DNA of 64,000 nt, from the NCBI GenBank assembly GCA_023248155.1, contig JAHFFE010000003.1, positions 212,159-276,158 of the forward strand, written 5' to 3'. This DNA is from Candidatus Omnitrophota bacterium (lineage in GTDB: Bacteria; Omnitrophota; Gorgyraeia; 1-14-0-20-64-10). Made by a program: the position numbers and the translations under genes. The stretch's first letter is position 1. Every line of letters begins with the position of its first letter. Under the pieces are notes generated by a model. The model saw nothing but the letters and a program-made list of their open reading frames with translations. It was not told the DNA's origin and ran no database searches. Of the stretch, positions 36,608 through 45,220 are shown one piece after another.

Positions 36608-39206
36608 CGGACGGAAGCGAAGTTAAGACAACGCAGCGGCCCGGATCAAGCAATTCCCGCGTAACGCGCTGAACATCGGCGGCCGTCAGCGATTGAATCA
36701 TCGCTTCGTACCGCTCATCGTAGTCAAAACCCAAACCGTAAAGTTCGTTGCTGGCCAGTTGTCCTGCCACGGCCGATTGCGTCTGCCGCGCAACGCGATG
36801 AGCGCCCAACAGCCCCTGCTTGGCTTCTTCCAATTCTTTCTCGGGAACCAGTTCTTCGCGCAGACGGCCGATTTCATTCCAGAGCGACTGTTCAACGCGC
36901 GCGCGGTTGCCGGGGTCCGCCATCGCATAAATAACGAACGATCCGGGATCAAGCCCCGGAACGCCAAACGCGCCGACGGTATAAGCCAACCCCTGCTTCT
37001 CGCGTACTTCGTCGAATAAACGGCCGGCACCCCCCGATAACACCGCTTCAGCCAGATCCAGCGCCGGAATTCGGGAATCGACCAATCTCAAGCCGCGGAA
37101 ACCGATCAAGATCAGTTGTTCGTGGCGCGGCGTTTTTTCTTCAACGGCCAGACGGCGTATTAATTCCGGTTCCGGCTCCGCAAAAGAAGAATTTTCAGCC
37201 GGTTTCTCCATCCGTCCCATCGATTGCTCCAGCAGAGCAAGCACCTGATTCGGATCAAAATCACCGACGACCGCAATCACCATCGACCGCGGATCGGTGG
37301 CGCGTTTGTAAAATTGTTCGCATGCTTCACGCGAGATCAACTTGATCGATTCTTCCGACCCGGCCGGATCAAGACGGTACGGATGTTTCGTAAAAAGCAG
37401 CCGCATCAGCCGGCGGATTCCCCACGGAAACGGATCTTCTTCCTGTTCTTTCAAGTGCGCCAGCGCCAGTGATTTTTCTTTTTCCAGTTCAGCGGCCGGA
37501 AAAACAGACTGCTGCAAAAGTTCCGCAAGCAACGCCACCGCTCCGGGAAGTTCCGCGCCGATCACTTCCATGCTCAGCCCAATGCCGTTGCGTCCGCTGG
37601 CCGTACCCACTTGGCCGCCCATCCGCTTCATCGCATCGGTAATCTGGTCGGCGTTCTTGGAGCGGGTGCCGCGCAGAAACATATGCGCCGTCAATGCCGA
37701 CAAACCGCTGGAGGAATCGGTTTCCCACAAAACACCGCCCGGCATAGAAACCTGCAGATTCACCAGTCCGATCCGGCGGTCCGGCTTTAAGATGACGCGA
37801 ATGCCGTTGCGTAAAATTTTCTTTTGGACGGGAATGGTTTGTGGTTTTATGGCCGATTGCTTTATTTCCGCCGGCTCATGCTCGGGAAGCATGGTCACTA
37901 CGGTGGCCTGATCAATCTGCAAATATTTTTGGGCGACGCGCTTAATGTCTTCACGCGTCACCTGGCGCAGACCCTGCAGATACCGGCGCGAAAAAAGAGG
38001 ATCGCCCGTTAAAATTTCGTTGCCGCACAAATCGCCGGCGATATCGGCCACCTGCTGTTTGCCGGACCAATAGCCGCGCAATACCGCTTTCCGAGCAGCC
38101 TGAAGCTCTGTTTCGGTAATGCTACCGGACTGAACCAGCCGAAGCTCTTTTCGCAGCGCATCCATCGCAAGTTCTCTCTTCTCTGAATCAAGACGAAGCG
38201 CAATGGTCAGCACGCCCCGGTCGCGCGGCGTGTAATTAAACGCAGTGACCGAATGAACCAGCCCTGTTTCTTTCAGCGCGCGGTCCAGCCGCGAGCCGCG
38301 ATCGCCCCCCAAAATCCAGGCCAGCAGATCAAGCGCGAAAAGATCCGGGTCACGAATCGAGACCGACAGAAAACCGACTTCAATCATCGGCATCGTCAGC
38401 GCGGCGGATTGTTCCACAATCTGTCGTCCGGCCATCGAAGGAAACGGTTCTTCGGGAAGCGTTTCCAAAGGAACGCGTCCGGGCGGAATAGCCTTCGTCA
38501 ACTCACCGATCGTTTTAATCACCGCTTCGGTATCGACATCGCCCACGACGGCCAATACCATCGTGTTCGGAAAATACCAGCTGCGGTAATAGGCCTTGGC
38601 GTCATCGGCGGTCAACTGCGTCAGCAGCGGTTCGTAGCCGATAATCGGAATTTGATACGGATGAACACGGTAGGCGTTGGCAAACAGAATTTCCCAGCTT
38701 AACTGCGAGGGATCATCGTCGCGCATCTTTAATTCGCGCAAGACAACTTCCCGTTCTTTGGCGAATTCGCCGGGATCAAATGTGGAGTTAAACAGCGCGT
38801 CGATCAGCAGATCGGCGGCCGAAGACCAATGTTCTCGGTTGACCACCAGCTGATAAGCGGTTGTATCGTAATTGGTAAATCCCTGGGAGGTGCCGCCGTA
38901 GGCGCGGGCTTCTTTCTCGACTTCTCCCACACCGCGGCGCTGAGTTCCTTTAAACAGCATATGTTCAACCACATGGGAAATACCGGTGCCGAGAAAACGG
39001 CCTTCGGTGGCGGAACCGGTCGGAACGGCGGCCTGAAAGGCCACCAATGGATGGGAATGATCTTCCTGAATTAAAAGCGTCAGTCCGTTTGGAAACCGGT
39101 GGCGTGTGACCACCGGAACCGTGTCAACCGACGGAGATGCCGCCGGCGAAGAAACACGATCGGCCTTTTGGATCGTCATCGATTGACAACCGGTCAGGAA
39201 GAACAA
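36582..39206 (-). CDS. Tandem M16-family zinc peptidase (PqqL/pitrilysin-like); a lipoprotein-like N-terminus appears to lack a start codon
   Basis: Two M16 units (the HxxEH-type motif here is HVVEH). The ORF-track TTG start leaves only MFFLTGC before the lipobox Cys. The upstream in-frame sequence encodes RKPQTRLVVLLLFFLTGC but overlaps the rpsU 3' end and contains no ATG, GTG or TTG. Confidence 0.75.
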   Translation of the reverse strand: MFFLTGCQSMTIQKADRVSSPAASPSVDTVPVVTRHRFPNGLTLLIQEDHSHPLVAFQAAVPTGSATEGRFLGTGISHVVEHMLFKGTQRRGVGEVEKEARAYGGTSQGFTNYDTTAYQLVVNREHWSSAADLLIDALFNSTFDPGEFAKEREVVLRELKMRDDDPSQLSWEILFANAYRVHPYQIPIIGYEPLLTQLTADDAKAYYRSWYFPNTMVLAVVGDVDTEAVIKTIGELTKAIPPGRVPLETLPEEPFPSMAGRQIVEQSAALTMPMIEVGFLSVSIRDPDLFALDLLAWILGGDRGSRLDRALKETGLVHSVTAFNYTPRDRGVLTIALRLDSEKRELAMDALRKELRLVQSGSITETELQAARKAVLRGYWSGKQQVADIAGDLCGNEILTGDPLFSRRYLQGLRQVTREDIKRVAQKYLQIDQATVVTMLPEHEPAEIKQSAIKPQTIPVQKKILRNGIRVILKPDRRIGLVNLQVSMPGGVLWETDSSSGLSALTAHMFLRGTRSKNADQITDAMKRMGGQVGTASGRNGIGLSMEVIGAELPGAVALLAELLQQSVFPAAELEKEKSLALAHLKEQEEDPFPWGIRRLMRLLFTKHPYRLDPAGSEESIKLISREACEQFYKRATDPRSMVIAVVGDFDPNQVLALLEQSMGRMEKPAENSSFAEPEPELIRRLAVEEKTPRHEQLILIGFRGLRLVDSRIPALDLAEAVLSGGAGRLFDEVREKQGLAYTVGAFGVPGLDPGSFVIYAMADPGNRARVEQSLWNEIGRLREELVPEKELEEAKQGLLGAHRVARQTQSAVAGQLASNELYGLGFDYDERYEAMIQSLTAADVQRVTRELLDPGRCVVLTSLPSDANAPSGE

Positions 39207-39217
39207 CAGGAGAACAA

Positions 39218-39388
39218 CTAAACGCGTCTGCGGTTTTCTCGTAGCTTGCGCCGCCGGGCAACGGAAGGCTTCTCGTAATGTTTCCGCGCGCGAACAACCT
39301 TCAAAATTCCTTCGCGCTCTACTTTCTTCTTTAAACGGCGAAGCGCTTTCTCGAGGGGCTCATTTTCACGAAGTTCAACAACTGGCAT
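39218..39388 (-). CDS. rpsU: 30S ribosomal protein S21
   Basis: Not in the ORF track because it is 56 aa. Sequence MPVVELRENEPLEKALRRLKKKVEREGILKVVRARKHYEKPSVARRRKLRENRRRV, with an AAAGGAG RBS. Confidence 0.9.
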   Translation of the reverse strand: MPVVELRENEPLEKALRRLKKKVEREGILKVVRARKHYEKPSVARRRKLRENRRRV

Positions 39389-39453
39389 AAGTAACTTTTA
39401 CTCCTTTTTATTATTGTACCGCGCCGGTCAAAACCGGTCAAGCAAATGCGGTT

Positions 39454-40089
39454 CTATTCGGGCTGATAACGGACCCAGAATTCGTATCGGACATGCCGCC
39501 GCTTCATGGCGGCCGGAAACCCGGGATACGGTGAAGCGGCCTGCGCGTCGCGAAGTGCCGCCTGCGTCAGCCGCAGGTCGGAACTCTGAAGCACCTGCGC
39601 TTCCTTCAAATGGCCGCCCGGTCCGATTAATACCCTCAAACGGACCGTTCCCTGCACACCCACCTGCGGATAATTCAGCCGTTTTCTTAAATAAGAACGG
39701 ACCGTTTCTTTATATTGCAAAACAGCAAAATCAGATTCGGAGACCGCCGGCGCCGCAACCACCGGCTTAGGGGAAACCGTTTCGGCAGGATCGGAATGAA
39801 CCGCGGGCGCCGGGGGCGGCTCAATCGGTCGAGCGGGCGCCTCTTGCCGCGGCACATAAGCACGACGAACCGTCGGCGGTTCCGAACGCTGCGGATGAAC
39901 AGGTTCGGGCGGCGGAGCAACACGGCGGGCCGGTTCCCTTTTTGGCTCAACAACGCGAGGCGCCGCTTCGAGTCCTACCTCAATCCGGGGAATCCTGTGG
40001 AATGACGCGGCGGAAACAAAGGGTGCGGTGATTGCGAAAAAACCAACATGCAATAAAACCGAACAACCAAAACAAGATTTAAAATTCAT
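39454..40089 (-). CDS. tonB: Energy transducer TonB
   Basis: N-terminal anchor, a Pro-rich spacer (EPPPAPAV...) and a TonB C-terminal domain. Confidence 0.75.
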   Translation of the reverse strand: MNFKSCFGCSVLLHVGFFAITAPFVSAASFHRIPRIEVGLEAAPRVVEPKREPARRVAPPPEPVHPQRSEPPTVRRAYVPRQEAPARPIEPPPAPAVHSDPAETVSPKPVVAAPAVSESDFAVLQYKETVRSYLRKRLNYPQVGVQGTVRLRVLIGPGGHLKEAQVLQSSDLRLTQAALRDAQAASPYPGFPAAMKRRHVRYEFWVRYQPE

Positions 40090-40099
40090 ACCATCCGGC

Positions 40100-40618
40100 T
40101 CAGGAAGATCGCGCGGTTTCCCAACGGGTTCTATCTAAACTGTAAACAACCGCCGCATAAATCGCCCAAAACAACGCAGTCATCAAAAGATCACTGGCCA
40201 TCGCACGCGGCCAGTAGGAAGCGGTTGCCACCAATGATTGCACTAATCCGGCCGGCGTCCGGTCGGCCTGAGAACAACATTGCGTCGCCCAATCCCCCAA
40301 CGACAAGATCAGATGAAACAAAACCGAAGAAGCAACGAGGCCGGTCAGCAGCGATTTGAAATTCGGGCGGACTTTCAGCAGAACCAAAACCCCTACCACA
40401 GCAGAAATTGCCGCCAAGCGAACCAATGTGAACAGAGAGAATCCAAGCGCGAGATCGCGGATCAGCATCGCGGCCAATGCGGCCAGCAGCAATGAACGCG
40501 GTTTTAAGAAACAGGCCGCGCACAACAACGCGCCCAGGATCGGCGCCACGCCGAATGTCTGATGAAAAATGCCCGCGACAATACCGCCCAACAAGGTTAA
40601 TAAAATAGCCGTCATCAC
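40100..40618 (-). CDS. Small polytopic membrane protein, possibly a vitamin-transporter S-component-like protein
   Basis: 172 aa with about 5 TM helices. It sits between the B12-riboswitch-controlled btuB/DUF4430 genes and tonB. An AGGAGG RBS is present. Confidence 0.45.
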   Translation of the reverse strand: MMTAILLTLLGGIVAGIFHQTFGVAPILGALLCAACFLKPRSLLLAALAAMLIRDLALGFSLFTLVRLAAISAVVGVLVLLKVRPNFKSLLTGLVASSVLFHLILSLGDWATQCCSQADRTPAGLVQSLVATASYWPRAMASDLLMTALFWAIYAAVVYSLDRTRWETARSS

Positions 40619-40639
40619 AATGGGATTCCTCCTGTATCT

Positions 40640-41039
40640 TCTTTATTCTACCACACTCAATTAGGCAAACTGTTTATCGAGGTAGCTCGGGCCTATTCGC
40701 CAATCTCCGTCGCTTCGGGTCCTGCCGCTCGGGGACACTCTCCGCCGTCCGTGCTCGCTTCGCTGCGCGCGTGGCGGCGAAGGCCTCTCCCGCCCGCGTC
40801 ACCCGAAGCGCCTGCAGTAGGGTAAGAGGCGGATCGGGAGATGGGGCAAGTGGACCTTGGCGGAGGCCGAATCGAATTGTTCTTCGGCAAGGCCGGAGAC
40901 AGAGCGACGGAATGGGTAGTCCATTCCTAGCGTGTCCACGGCTCCCATGCCCGAGCCGACTCGATACACGGTTTGCCTGACGGAAGCGGGAACGCAGAGA
41001 TGCAACACCCCTTCGCGGCGCTCGAATAACCTCTGGGCG
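40640..41039 (-). other. About 400 nt of GC-rich, highly structured non-coding region between the DUF4430 gene stop and the next gene
   Basis: Every ORF in this region is low-complexity antisense. Extensive self-complementarity, for example GTCGCTTCGGGT around 40700 pairs with ACCCGAAGCG around 40800. A copy of the 8.4-kb repeat element sits at its 41.0-kb end. Confidence 0.5.
40900..41030. repeat. Copy 2 of the structured repeat element; its 41.0-kb arm is intact and the opposite arm is degenerate
   Basis: AACACCCCTTCGCGGCGCTCGAATAACC (41003-41030) is about 90% identical to the right arm of the 8.4-kb copy. The interior ATGCCCGAGCCGACTCGATACACGG resembles ATGCCCGGAGTGAGTCGAGCACGG at 8.5 kb. 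The element starts 10 nt after the DUF4430 gene stop. Confidence 0.55.
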
Positions 41040-41474
41040 TTATTTCTTTTTGGTCGAGGACTTGGGCGGAGGCGCGTATTCGTACGTCCATCGCACATGA
41101 TCGTCCGGATGCAGATGCGTTTTATACGGACTGACCTTGCGCGAACCGTTCAGTTCCACGAACCACCAGTGCATCTTGACCGGATCGACCGCCACATCGT
41201 TGATTACGGCGACCTCGCGAAAATCACAGCAGACTTCTCCGGTGCCAACCTTGGCGATTTTCTCAAGCACAGACCGCGGCGTGGAACGGGAATCGGCTGA
41301 AACAGTTTCGTGAATCGCCGGACGGTTGGCCGGGCCAAACACCACATCCACCGTCACCGGAAACTCTAAAACTTTCTGTCTACATCCAGCAAAAGAAATC
41401 AGGAGATAGAGAAAGACCATTTGCAAAACGGAACGGGTGACGCGGGGGGAGAGGCCTCCTAGCTTATTTTTCAA
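41040..41474 (-). CDS. DUF4430-family lipoprotein (transcobalamin-like, putative B12-binding)
   Basis: Lipobox ISFAGC. WWFVELNGSRKVSPYKTHLHPDDHVRWTYE matches the DUF4430 W.F.VNG...L.DGD.V.W.Y pattern. It lies downstream of btuB under a cobalamin riboswitch. Confidence 0.65.
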   Translation of the reverse strand: MKNKLGGLSPRVTRSVLQMVFLYLLISFAGCRQKVLEFPVTVDVVFGPANRPAIHETVSADSRSTPRSVLEKIAKVGTGEVCCDFREVAVINDVAVDPVKMHWWFVELNGSRKVSPYKTHLHPDDHVRWTYEYAPPPKSSTKKK

Positions 41475-43284
41475 ATGTCACCCCCACGGTCGCTAGTGTC
41501 CCCTCTTCAGGGAAACCAAGCACTTCTGAATAATGCTCATTGGTCAGGTTTTGAACGCGCAGAAAAGTTTTGGCCCAATCGGTCCAGCGATACTGTCCAT
41601 AGAAATGAACCACCAGATACCCTTTTGTTTTCTGTCGGCGGTTGGCGGCCTGCGATTCCTCGCGCGAGCTGACCAACTGGCTTTCCAAGCCCAAATCCCA
41701 TTTCTTGTCGGTCGTCGTATACTGCAGCTTCAATGAAGCGGTGTTGAACGGAATGCGAACCAATTCTTCCTCGCTGGGCCGGGCGTGGGGTTCCAGATGC
41801 GTATACGATCCAAGAATAGTCCATTCCTCGCTCGGATGAATCTTCGTTTCGAATTCAACACCATCCACGCGCGCCTTCGAAACATTGATGGGCGCTGATC
41901 CAACGAACTGGATTAAGTTGCGGTAATCGGTCCGGAAAACAGTGGCCGACCATTCCAACAAACCTTTCCACAACGAGTGATCTACTCCGACTTCATAGTT
42001 ATCGCTCTCTTCCGGCTGCAGATTCGGATTGCTGAAATTCGGGAAATAAAGGTCGTTCAGCGTCGGCACACGAAATCCTTCGGCCCAACCGCCTCGCAAC
42101 TTCATATCCCAAGGCTCAATGACATACGCCATTGAAGCGTCGAGAACCTTGTGCGTTCCAAACGTATTCTCGCGGAAAAACCGGCCGCCCATCACCACGG
42201 TCAGCGGCTTCCAGTAATTCCACAGGTTTTGAAAATAGCCGGCCGTGTTGGTCTGGGTTTTTGAAAACGAGCGGTTGTCCGCTTCCCGGTCTTCAAATTC
42301 AGCACCCAGCGTAAACTGGTCCCACTCCACCGGCGTAAATTTATTTCTCCACTCGGTGCCGTATCGTTCGGTGTTCAATTTAAAAAGCGAGTTGGCGTTA
42401 CCGGGGCCGTCTGAAGGATCGTTGTCAATAAAACTTTCCACAGCGGCTGAAACACGGAAATTTTGCGACCACCAATCGGTCACGGGGCTTTCAAAAACAC
42501 CCGAAGTAAATGTTTGTTTCTCTTTGTCTTTTCGGTTGGCATCGGGCCGGAATGCACCGTCATCCAAACCATACGTAGCCAAGCTGTGCCGAATCGTCCA
42601 ATCGAGCGTGGCATCTTTCCACAAATCGTATCCAACGCGCGACGAGAATGTTGAGTTGCCGTAATCATCGTTTTGGCTGACGCCGGATGTGTCATACCGC
42701 GACGCAGTCCCCGTCATATGCCAGGGACCCGTGCCGCCGCTGATAGAACCCACTTCGCGGAAACTGTTCTTGCCGCCCACTTCCTGCGTATAGGCATATT
42801 TCATCGGCCCTTCACCGTGCCGCGTAATGAGGTTAATCACGCCGCCCATCGCGTCGGATCCGTACAAACTGCTGGCGGAACCGCGCAACACTTCGACGCG
42901 TTCGATGTTTTCGTAGGTCAGGTTGTTGAAGTTAAACGCGCCGGTCGTCGGACTGGCCACGTGCACGCCGTCGATCGTCACATGGACCTGTGACGTTCCC
43001 GATCCGCGCAGCACCGCGTTCGTAATGCGGCCCGAAGTTCCCAAACGGCGAACCACAGTGCCCGGAATCGACCGAAGCGCGTCCACCACGAAAACGCCGG
43101 ATTGCTTGCCCAGATCTTCTTCGGAAACAACGGTCACCGCGCGCGTGACATTGCGGTTGGGTGTCTCTGATTTATTGGCAGTCACCACCACTTCATCCAG
43201 AACTGTTTCCTGGGCGACAGCGGCAGAACCGGTTATTCCCAGCAGAACGATCAAACCAACAATGGTGACGAAAGGTTTTTTCAT
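41464..43284 (-). CDS. btuB: TonB-dependent outer-membrane receptor, BtuB-like (vitamin B12 transporter)
   Basis: Signal peptide and a TonB box (ETVLDEVVVTA). Plug and beta-barrel of about 600 aa. A cobalamin riboswitch is in the 5' UTR. AGGAG RBS. Confidence 0.8.
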   Translation of the reverse strand: MKKPFVTIVGLIVLLGITGSAAVAQETVLDEVVVTANKSETPNRNVTRAVTVVSEEDLGKQSGVFVVDALRSIPGTVVRRLGTSGRITNAVLRGSGTSQVHVTIDGVHVASPTTGAFNFNNLTYENIERVEVLRGSASSLYGSDAMGGVINLITRHGEGPMKYAYTQEVGGKNSFREVGSISGGTGPWHMTGTASRYDTSGVSQNDDYGNSTFSSRVGYDLWKDATLDWTIRHSLATYGLDDGAFRPDANRKDKEKQTFTSGVFESPVTDWWSQNFRVSAAVESFIDNDPSDGPGNANSLFKLNTERYGTEWRNKFTPVEWDQFTLGAEFEDREADNRSFSKTQTNTAGYFQNLWNYWKPLTVVMGGRFFRENTFGTHKVLDASMAYVIEPWDMKLRGGWAEGFRVPTLNDLYFPNFSNPNLQPEESDNYEVGVDHSLWKGLLEWSATVFRTDYRNLIQFVGSAPINVSKARVDGVEFETKIHPSEEWTILGSYTHLEPHARPSEEELVRIPFNTASLKLQYTTTDKKWDLGLESQLVSSREESQAANRRQKTKGYLVVHFYGQYRWTDWAKTFLRVQNLTNEHYSEVLGFPEEGTLATVGVTFEK

Positions 43285-43357
43285 GATTTCTCCTAAAGAT
43301 AACCTTTCGAGGAAAAACTGCGGCTAAAACAACCAAGGTATGCGGACTTCTTCGCCG

Positions 43358-43398
43358 GAAATAAAAAACCCCATCTCCGGACGAAGATGAGGCAACCC
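43358..43398 (-). terminator. Intrinsic terminator or attenuator in the cobalamin riboswitch expression platform
   Basis: The minus-strand RNA CCUCAUCU-UCGUCCGG-AGAUGGGG forms an 8-bp stem and is followed by UUUUUUAUUU, about 70 nt upstream of the btuB ATG. Confidence 0.65.
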
Positions 43399-43444
43399 CC
43401 TGGTTCCCCTCCCTCGAAGGAACAAACATTAAGTAAACTGCTTT

Positions 43445-43600
43445 TCCATCGCGAGGTCTCCTGGCTTCCGATCATCCTACTCTCCGCGCCTTCCCATCCG
43501 TTCTTGGAACGGACAGTGGTCTTTTAAGCGGATTTCGTCCCGGTTACAGTTGCGGGGCAGCGCCCGTATCACACGGGCTTCCCTCACTCGACGGAATATC
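43445..43600 (-). promoter_or_regulatory. Cobalamin (AdoCbl) riboswitch
   Basis: The minus-strand RNA is GAGGGAAGCCCGUGUGAUACGGGCGCUGCCCCGCAACUGUAACCGGGACGAAAUCCGCUUAAAAGACCACUGUCCG...GGGAAGGCGCGGAG...GGAAGCCAGGAGACCUCGC. It carries the CCCGCAACUGUAA, GCCACUG-like, GGGAAGGC and B12-box (AGCCAGGAGACCU) signatures. Confidence 0.9.
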
Positions 43601-43660
43601 CAAATTGTACTTCTGTGCTACGGTTGTAATCATAACGCACGGACAGAAACCTGTCCAGCG

Positions 43661-44344
43661 TTATCCTTGAATTAACAACCTTAAAAACCGCAGCGTGTCC
43701 AAAAACGGCAGAATAAAACTGACCCGTTCGCTCGGATAAACGCAGCGGACCGGCACAGACGCGATGCGGAACCCGGCGCGGGCCGCGCGCAGGATCAATT
43801 CCGATTCAATCTCAAAATGATTGGAGCGCAGGCGGACCCGTTCCAGCAATCGCCGCGACGCCAGCCGGAACCCGCACTGCGAATCAGGGATATGTTGCCC
43901 CGAGTAAAACGATAACAACGCCGACATGAACCGATTGGTCCATTGCCGGTCGAGCGGCATCCCTTCAGGAGCATGCATCCGGTCTCCGATAAAAAGATCG
44001 GCCTCGGTCCGCCGCAGGCGCTCTTGGAAAAAAAGCGGGATATCTTCCGGCAGATGCTGACGGTCCGCGTCCATCATCAACACCCACTGTGTTGAAGGTT
44101 CTTTCAGCGCTTCAGCAATGCCGGTCTTGAGCGCAGCGCCTTTGCCTCCGTTCACGGGCCGGCGGATAACACAGGCACCCGCCTCGGTTGCCCTCTGGAC
44201 CGTACGATCGGTTGACGCATCGTCAACGACAATGACCGGAATCCGAAGATCCCGCAGTGATCGGACCAATGCGCCAATAGTCGATTCCGCCTGATAGGCC
44301 GGGATCAGCACGGTTGTTCCGGAAACAGTGCTAGAGGATGACAC
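43661..44344 (-). CDS. Family-2 glycosyltransferase (DPM1/GtrB-like)
   Basis: VLIPAYQAESTI...VIVVDDASTD...MMDADRQH carries the DXD motifs. Confidence 0.75.
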   Translation of the reverse strand: MSSSSTVSGTTVLIPAYQAESTIGALVRSLRDLRIPVIVVDDASTDRTVQRATEAGACVIRRPVNGGKGAALKTGIAEALKEPSTQWVLMMDADRQHLPEDIPLFFQERLRRTEADLFIGDRMHAPEGMPLDRQWTNRFMSALLSFYSGQHIPDSQCGFRLASRRLLERVRLRSNHFEIESELILRAARAGFRIASVPVRCVYPSERVSFILPFLDTLRFLRLLIQG

Positions 44345-45215
44345 CGGTCACCGGTTCCCAGAAAGGCTGGAACAGATACCACTGCGTCGGATAGCGGCGG
44401 ATCACCCGCTCCATCGCGGCCACGCAATCCTTCGTTATTTCAACGATCGCTTCATCGCGCGTCAAATTTTCCGGCGGATAAATCGGCGGCTCCAGAACAA
44501 ACCGGAAATGTCCGTCCCTCTCCCGGACCAAAAAAGAAGGAACGATCGGCGCGCCGGTACGCAGGCTGAACCAAGCCGGGCCGGTTGGAATCCGCGTCGG
44601 TTTTCCAAAAAAAGGCAGTTCAATGCCATGCCCGAAAAAATCCCGGTCTCCCACGAGTGCCAGCAATCCATTGTGCTTTAAAGAAGAGAGGCATGCTTCC
44701 AAGAACGCCTTTCGGCCAATCTCCTGAATCGGAATCCCTTGGACATGCGCCCGTTGGCGCTGCCATTTAAAAAACCGGTCGACGCGCGGATTATGATGCG
44801 TCAGAACAGCCGCGCTCACGGAGATCCCTCGCATCGCCAAAACAGCCCCGCCCAGTTCATAATTCCCCAGATGCGCGGTGAGCGCGATGACGCCGTTGCC
44901 TTTTTCCAGCGCCTGCCGCACATAATCAACATCGGCCGGACGAATCCACCGCCGCGCCCGCTCGGGTGTCCACCAGGAAAACCGGAAAAAATCGACCAGA
45001 TACATCGCGAACTGCCGGAAAACTTCACGTACCTGTTCCGGATCGACGGACTCGGTTTGCATGACGATGGCAAGATTGGCGCGCACCGCTTTCAGGTCTT
45101 TGGGCGAACGGGCGCTGGAAAAATCAGCGGCGCGGCGAGCAACGGCATAACAAACGGAACGCGGAAGGATCCGGCACAATCCGAATCCGATCAGATAGAT
45201 CAGATAAAAAAGCAC
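44331..45215 (-). CDS. Lysophospholipid/lipid A acyltransferase (LpxL/HtrB family)
   Basis: N-terminal TM helix and the HLGNYE (HX4D-type) motif. Length is typical of lipid A late acyltransferases. Confidence 0.7.
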   Translation of the reverse strand: MLFYLIYLIGFGLCRILPRSVCYAVARRAADFSSARSPKDLKAVRANLAIVMQTESVDPEQVREVFRQFAMYLVDFFRFSWWTPERARRWIRPADVDYVRQALEKGNGVIALTAHLGNYELGGAVLAMRGISVSAAVLTHHNPRVDRFFKWQRQRAHVQGIPIQEIGRKAFLEACLSSLKHNGLLALVGDRDFFGHGIELPFFGKPTRIPTGPAWFSLRTGAPIVPSFLVRERDGHFRFVLEPPIYPPENLTRDEAIVEITKDCVAAMERVIRRYPTQWYLFQPFWEPVTGVIL

Positions 45216-45220
45216 GGCCG

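Noticed and set aside
39389-39453. Terminator after tonB (the palindrome ACCGGTCAAAACCGGT)
   Set aside because: The stem is only 5-6 bp, its GC content is modest, and it is followed by AAUAAUAAAAAGG rather than a U-tract. It is too weak to call.
40640-41039. RNase P RNA, tmRNA or 6S RNA as the identity of the structured non-coding region
   Set aside because: I looked for CR-I (GGAAAGUCCGGGCUCC), the tmRNA tag reading frame and the acceptor end, and the 6S architecture. None is present. Only a weak GGUAAGAG similarity was found.
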